NCBI GenBank assembly: GCA_041859945.1
Contig: JBFLGC010000008.1
Span: forward strand, 1,746-65,745
Direction: 5' to 3'
DNA length: 64,000 bases
Source: Tetragenococcus sp.
Lineage (GTDB): Bacteria; Bacillota; Bacilli; Lactobacillales; Enterococcaceae
This document shows, piece after piece, positions 59,883 through 64,000 of the stretch (position 1 is its first letter; every line of letters begins with the position of its first letter). The notes under the pieces were generated by a model. That model was not told the origin of the DNA. It saw nothing but the letters and a program-made list of their open reading frames with translations, and made no database searches. Made by a program: the position numbers and the translations under genes.

Positions 59883-59917
59883 AAAAAAGGCATTCCCTGA
59901 TAACAAGGAATGCCTTT
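59883..59917 (-). terminator. terminator downstream of rpsI
   Basis: GGCATTCC ctgataaca AGGAATGCC followed by a U-run. Confidence 0.65.
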
Positions 59918-59927
59918 CGTTGATATA

Positions 59928-60320
59928 TTAACGTTTTGAAAATTGACTTGATTTACGGGCTTTTTTGCGGCCTGTTTTTTTACGTTCGACCATACGAGCA
60001 TCACGCGTAAGTAAACCAGCATGCTTCAAAGCAGAACGGAAGTCGGGGTCGACTTCTAACAAAGCGCGGGCGATACCATGACGAATCGCACCAGCTTGTC
60101 CTGCATAGCCTCCACCATTTACATTTACGAAAACATCATAGTTTCCTTTGGTTTCAGTTACTGCAAATGGTTGGTTGATGACTAAACGCAAGTCAGCATG
60201 TGGAATATATTCTTCAACATCTTTTTTATTAACAGTGATTTTACCAGTTCCTGGTACTAAACGTACGCGGGCAACTGCATTTTTACGACGGCCAGTGCCG
60301 ATATATTGAGCTTGTGCCAA
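59928..60320 (-). CDS. rpsI: 30S ribosomal protein S9
   Basis: 130 aa. Begins [22 protein letters not shown]-terminus ..[12 protein letters not shown]. Confidence 0.95.
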   Translation of the reverse strand: MAQAQYIGTGRRKNAVARVRLVPGTGKITVNKKDVEEYIPHADLRLVINQPFAVTETKGNYDVFVNVNGGGYAGQAGAIRHGIARALLEVDPDFRSALKHAGLLTRDARMVERKKTGRKKARKSSQFSKR

Positions 60321-60335
60321 TGAAATTCCCTCCTA

Positions 60336-60779
60336 TTAGATTAAGTTAGTAATGTCCAATACTTCTGGTTGTTGTGCTGCGTGTGGATGACTATCGCCTT
60401 CATAAACATGCAATTTAAGCCCTTGAGCACGACCTAAAGTATTCTTAGGTAACATACCTTTGACAGAATTTTCGATCAAACGACGAGGGTTTTTGTCACG
60501 CAATTCACCAGCTGTGATCGAGCGCAAGCCACCTGGGTGTTGTGTATGATGGTAATACACTTTACCGTCTGCTTTATTCCCTGTTAATTTTACTTTTTCT
60601 GCATTGATAATAACGACAAAATCGCCTGTGTCCACATGTGGAGTGTAGGTTGGTTTATTTTTTCCACGTAAGATAGAAGCAGTAACCGTGCTAAGACGAC
60701 CTAAAGGCACATCCGTTGCGTCGATCACGTACCATTTACGTTCTACTTCGCCTTTTTTGGCCATATATGTTGTACGCAA
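60336..60779 (-). CDS. rplM: 50S ribosomal protein L13
   Basis: TTG start with GGAGG, 8 nt, then TTG, giving [21 protein letters not shown], colinear with the B. subtilis L13 N-terminus MRTT. The track ORF has a 31-aa spurious upstream extension. Confidence 0.9.
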   Translation of the reverse strand: MRTTYMAKKGEVERKWYVIDATDVPLGRLSTVTASILRGKNKPTYTPHVDTGDFVVIINAEKVKLTGNKADGKVYYHHTQHPGGLRSITAGELRDKNPRRLIENSVKGMLPKNTLGRAQGLKLHVYEGDSHPHAAQQPEVLDITNLI

Positions 60780-61116
60780 GATTTTTTCCTCCAATTTCAA
60801 TATCGAATGTTTGACATACACTTGAGTTCCGGGGCTCTCGTGGGGCAAACAATACCATTTAATATAATACAAAGAATTTGGCGTAAAGTCAACGTTTTTC
60901 TACTGGATAGCACAAATTTTTCTATTGGCTAACCGAAACTTTGCAGAAAAATCTTATTCACTCGTAATAGCCTCTAGTTACTTTTTAGATTTTTCACTTC
61001 ATCATGTGTCTCTTTTTTCGATTCTTAGATTACTTCACCTCGCCATATGTCCTTTCTTTGCATGTCTTTATACAGTTCATATGAATCGGTGTTATTTGCC
61101 AACTTTTTTGCAGAAC

Positions 61117-61149
61117 AAAAAAGCCAAGACCGCTTAAAAGGCCTTGGCT
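61117..61149 (-). terminator. terminator downstream of dps
   Basis: AGCCAAGGCC ttttaagc GGTCTTGGCT followed by U6 on the minus strand. Confidence 0.6.
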
Positions 61150-61163
61150 CAAAAATTTTATGC

Positions 61164-61646
61164 TTAAATGCGTTCGTGCGCTGGAGCAATATTTGGTGCT
61201 TTGTCGATTTTGGCAGAAAGCATCCAGATTTTCTTTTCGAGGTCTGTTTTGAAACCAATGAAAATATCTTGGGTGCAATCGTCGCCTTCTTCACCAGAAA
61301 CTTCAATCCCTTTTTGATAAAGGTCGGCTAAATAACGGTAGCCTGAAATCAAAATTTCGACACGTTCGGGAATAGGACGATCCCAAGTACCGATTTCGTC
61401 TTCGATCTTGGTATGGTCAGCAAATTCTCGCAAAGTCGAATAAGGAGAACCATCCAAAGTAATCAAGCGTTCTGAAATCACATCGAGTTGGTCATTGATC
61501 TCATCCATATAATCATCCATTAAAGGATGCAACGTCAAAAATTCAGGTCCTCTCATGTACCAATGCGTTTGGTGGATGACTACAGAAAATTGGCTCAGGT
61601 CAGCTACTAATTGGTTCAATACTTCTTTTGTTTGTTCGAATTTCAT
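61164..61646 (-). CDS. dps: Dps/Dpr DNA-protecting ferritin-like protein
   Basis: 160 aa. HQTHWYMRG and ..DDYMDEI.. ferroxidase-site residues. Confidence 0.85.
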   Translation of the reverse strand: MKFEQTKEVLNQLVADLSQFSVVIHQTHWYMRGPEFLTLHPLMDDYMDEINDQLDVISERLITLDGSPYSTLREFADHTKIEDEIGTWDRPIPERVEILISGYRYLADLYQKGIEVSGEEGDDCTQDIFIGFKTDLEKKIWMLSAKIDKAPNIAPAHERI

Positions 61647-61828
61647 TTCTGAATTCCTCCTTCATTTCTTATACTCTTAGCTTAGCTCATAAATTAGAAA
61701 AAGTACACTATTCTTGTCCATTTGAGAAAATTTCTCAAATGTTCTCAATTAAGTTAAAAGTTTTTTGAAGACAATGCCGTTTTTTGGCGTACTTTATAAG
61801 GAGACCCCTAGGAAAGGAGGAAAAATCA

Positions 61829-62515
61829 ATGTGTCTCATTTATTTTGTGGTCGGTAGTATCTTGGGCTCTTTCTTTTGTTTATGCGGGGAACGGATCCCA
61901 CTCCACGAACCTTTTTTAGTTTCGCGCTCGCATTGTCGCCATTGCGGAGAAAAGTTGGCCTTTTGGGAAATGATCCCGATTTTTTCAGCTTTGTTACTAG
62001 GCTTTCATTGTCACCATTGTCATCAACGTTTCTCAAGTTTGTCCTGCATAGTCGAATTTACTTATGGTTTGATCTTCAGCTTTTGTTTAAGCCAAGCCGA
62101 AATCAGTAGGTGTATCCTAAGTTTACTTTGGCTAACGATGGCCGTGCTCTTGACTGTGACCGATTTATTGTACATGACGGTCGAGCCCAGGTTATTTTAC
62201 CTCGCGGCGTTTTTCCTATGGATCGCCAATAGTTACTTTCAACGCCCGTTTTATTGGGAAAGTTTGCTGATCATAGTTGGCATCGTCCTGTTATTTTTAG
62301 GGAAAATGCGAGCAAAAATGGGTGGTGGCGACCTATTGTTATTATTGGCTTGGGCTCCTTGGCTGTCACCTTATGAACTGGCTTGTTTTTTACTCTTGGC
62401 AAGTGTCCTTGCTTTACTTACTTTTGCCCTGAGCTATTTGCTAAAGAAACCCTTAAAACAATTACCATTTGTTCCTTTTTTGAGTCTTTCCCTATTTTTT
62501 GTGAAATTTTTTTAA
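61829..62515 (+). CDS. comC: type IV prepilin leader peptidase (ComC/PilD family)
   Basis: Start at MCLIYFV with an AAAGGAGG ribosome-binding site. N-terminal Cys tetrad (CRHCGEKL..CHHCHQ) and a GGGD catalytic motif. Confidence 0.75.
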   Translation: MCLIYFVVGSILGSFFCLCGERIPLHEPFLVSRSHCRHCGEKLAFWEMIPIFSALLLGFHCHHCHQRFSSLSCIVEFTYGLIFSFCLSQAEISRCILSLLWLTMAVLLTVTDLLYMTVEPRLFYLAAFFLWIANSYFQRPFYWESLLIIVGIVLLFLGKMRAKMGGGDLLLLLAWAPWLSPYELACFLLLASVLALLTFALSYLLKKPLKQLPFVPFLSLSLFFVKFF

Positions 62516-62614
62516 AAAAGTTGGAACTTGTCAAAAGCTAACGTCCTTTTTTTGCGTACTTTATTTATAAGAGGAGAAGCAAAATCTTTTCTTAAAAAAA
62601 TATGGAGGTGCTAC

Positions 62615-63577
62615 ATGAGAAAAATGAAGCATGAATTACAAGTACTAGAAACACTCAGTCACCGGATGGAACTAGATCAGAAAGGAGTGGAACGCTATCA
62701 GTTTTTGAAATGGGAAGATTATACCAAAAAGGATTTTGATGCGAAGTGCTCACTGGCTTTAGGTGAAAATGTGTCCCAGGTAAACGACCTTAGAATCGCT
62801 TATGACGACATAAAAGAGCCTAAAGTAGCTCTCGAAAAATATATTTTGATTGGCCATCATGGTTATCTGATCGAGATGCGCAATGGTTGTAACGAATATG
62901 AGGAGACGTCTGGCAAATGGCAGGGCGACCCCACTTTTATTTCTAAGATGGATTTTAAAAAGATGCAAAATACCCGTCTCACCTTGCAAAAAATTTATCG
63001 GGAAGCTATGATCAAGATCGACATCGAGCTCGTGATCGTGATCCTTGCCGAGCAAGAAATCACTATGGCTGAAGACCTCCCTGGTACTGTCGTGCGTTAT
63101 GCAGCAATCGATAGTTGGTTGGCTGCTTTGAAAAAAGAGCAAGTCACGGTCCTCCCGATCACACAACCGACCACCTACGCCATGGATTGGGCACGTGAGT
63201 TAAATCTTTATGCGAGTCAACCACAATTATCCGGCATTGGCTTGAAGCTATCTGACAAACACTTGTTAAAGACTGGTATCTGTTGTGATGAGTGTCATCA
63301 TATTGATATGTCAGAGGTTTCAGTCGGTGCGGAAACGGCTTTTATCTGCAATCATTGTGGGGCAATGGAACCGATCGAGATTGCATATTGTCGGACCATT
63401 TGCGAGTGGGGTACGATCTTTAATGATTACGACCTATTGCCTGAAGAATTAGAAGAATTTTTTGGGAAAAATCTACGGCGTGATTATTTGGATTCTGTTT
63501 TAAAGCGCCATTTTACACCAATCGAGCCCTGGGAATATTTACAGGATCCAAGCTTTGAAGGGAAGATCAACTTGTAA
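62615..63577 (+). CDS. NERD-like (nuclease-related domain) protein with a C-terminal topoisomerase-type zinc ribbon
   Basis: Start at MRKMKHEL with a GGAGG ribosome-binding site. ..YILIGHHGYLIEMRNG.. fits the NERD core. C-terminus CCDECHH..CNHCG is a 4-Cys ribbon. Confidence 0.45.
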   Translation: MRKMKHELQVLETLSHRMELDQKGVERYQFLKWEDYTKKDFDAKCSLALGENVSQVNDLRIAYDDIKEPKVALEKYILIGHHGYLIEMRNGCNEYEETSGKWQGDPTFISKMDFKKMQNTRLTLQKIYREAMIKIDIELVIVILAEQEITMAEDLPGTVVRYAAIDSWLAALKKEQVTVLPITQPTTYAMDWARELNLYASQPQLSGIGLKLSDKHLLKTGICCDECHHIDMSEVSVGAETAFICNHCGAMEPIEIAYCRTICEWGTIFNDYDLLPEELEEFFGKNLRRDYLDSVLKRHFTPIEPWEYLQDPSFEGKINL

Positions 63578-64000
63578 CGATGCCAAAGATGGCTCAAATC
63601 GATCACTCGCTGAAGCTGCTACAGAAGAAGGCCGAAAAATAATTCAAACTCTTTAAAACTTGTATTCCAGCGTACAAACAATGCAGCGATTCAATTATGA
63701 TTTTAGCTCCTACTATTTTTAGTGGGAGCTATTTGTATTCCAAGTTGACACCCTTACCTTCATTACTACATCCAACAAAATTGACAACATATGCGATATA
63801 TCCCTTTGAAAATTTCCAAATGATAGGAAAGTTGTTTCCGAAATTTCATAATAAATTTGTGAATATCAGAGCTCAAATTCGGTATCCGCAAAAAAATAAT
63901 TAGATACTAAACTGGAGTCCTGATATCCGCAAAAACAAACACGAGCAAAAAGAAGCCTAACTTGTGGTATTGCTACTCTCTATGATATACGTAAAGATAA

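Noticed and set aside
63697-63903. 68-aa ORF in the AT-rich window end
   Set aside because: No RBS. The translation is low-complexity. The region after the NERD gene looks like a non-coding AT-rich spacer.

Overview
This 64 kb window looks like a chromosomal segment from a low-GC Lactobacillales genome (Enterococcus-like). Gene order matches the conserved Bacillus-type arrangement gmk-rpoZ-priA-fmt-rsmB-prpC-prkC at the left end and ispE-purR-glmU-prs in the middle. Most of the window is core metabolism and information processing. Other recognisable units are a trehalose locus (PTS EIIBCA, trePP, pgmB, treR), a xylose locus (xylAB with divergent xylR), a Fur-box-controlled iron-siderophore ABC transporter, rplM-rpsI, dps and a comC-like prepilin peptidase. 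No rRNA, tRNA, CRISPR array, transposase or integrase was found.

The most interesting items are:
1. A T-box leader with an apparent AUG (Met) specifier in front of an operon that pairs a DUF62 SAM hydroxide adenosyltransferase (cleaves SAM to adenosine and L-Met) with a complete dedicated ECF importer.
2. Two tandem paralogous units, each a TPP riboswitch followed by a ThiT-family ECF S component.
3. A roughly 190-nt high-GC HflK-like (SPFH) segment inserted in frame into pgmB.
4. An unannotated small-peptide locus between dus and a hypothetical gene: an 11-aa leader peptide plus a 27-aa hydrophobic peptide, with its own promoter, a terminator and an opposing hairpin, resembling a type I toxin-antitoxin cassette.

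Smaller observations include a shared motif upstream of comC and a NERD-like gene, a Zur-like palindrome in front of an SBP-less metal ABC pair, several TTG starts, and two small AT-rich islets.

Coordinates of non-ORF features were read by eye and may be off by a few nucleotides.
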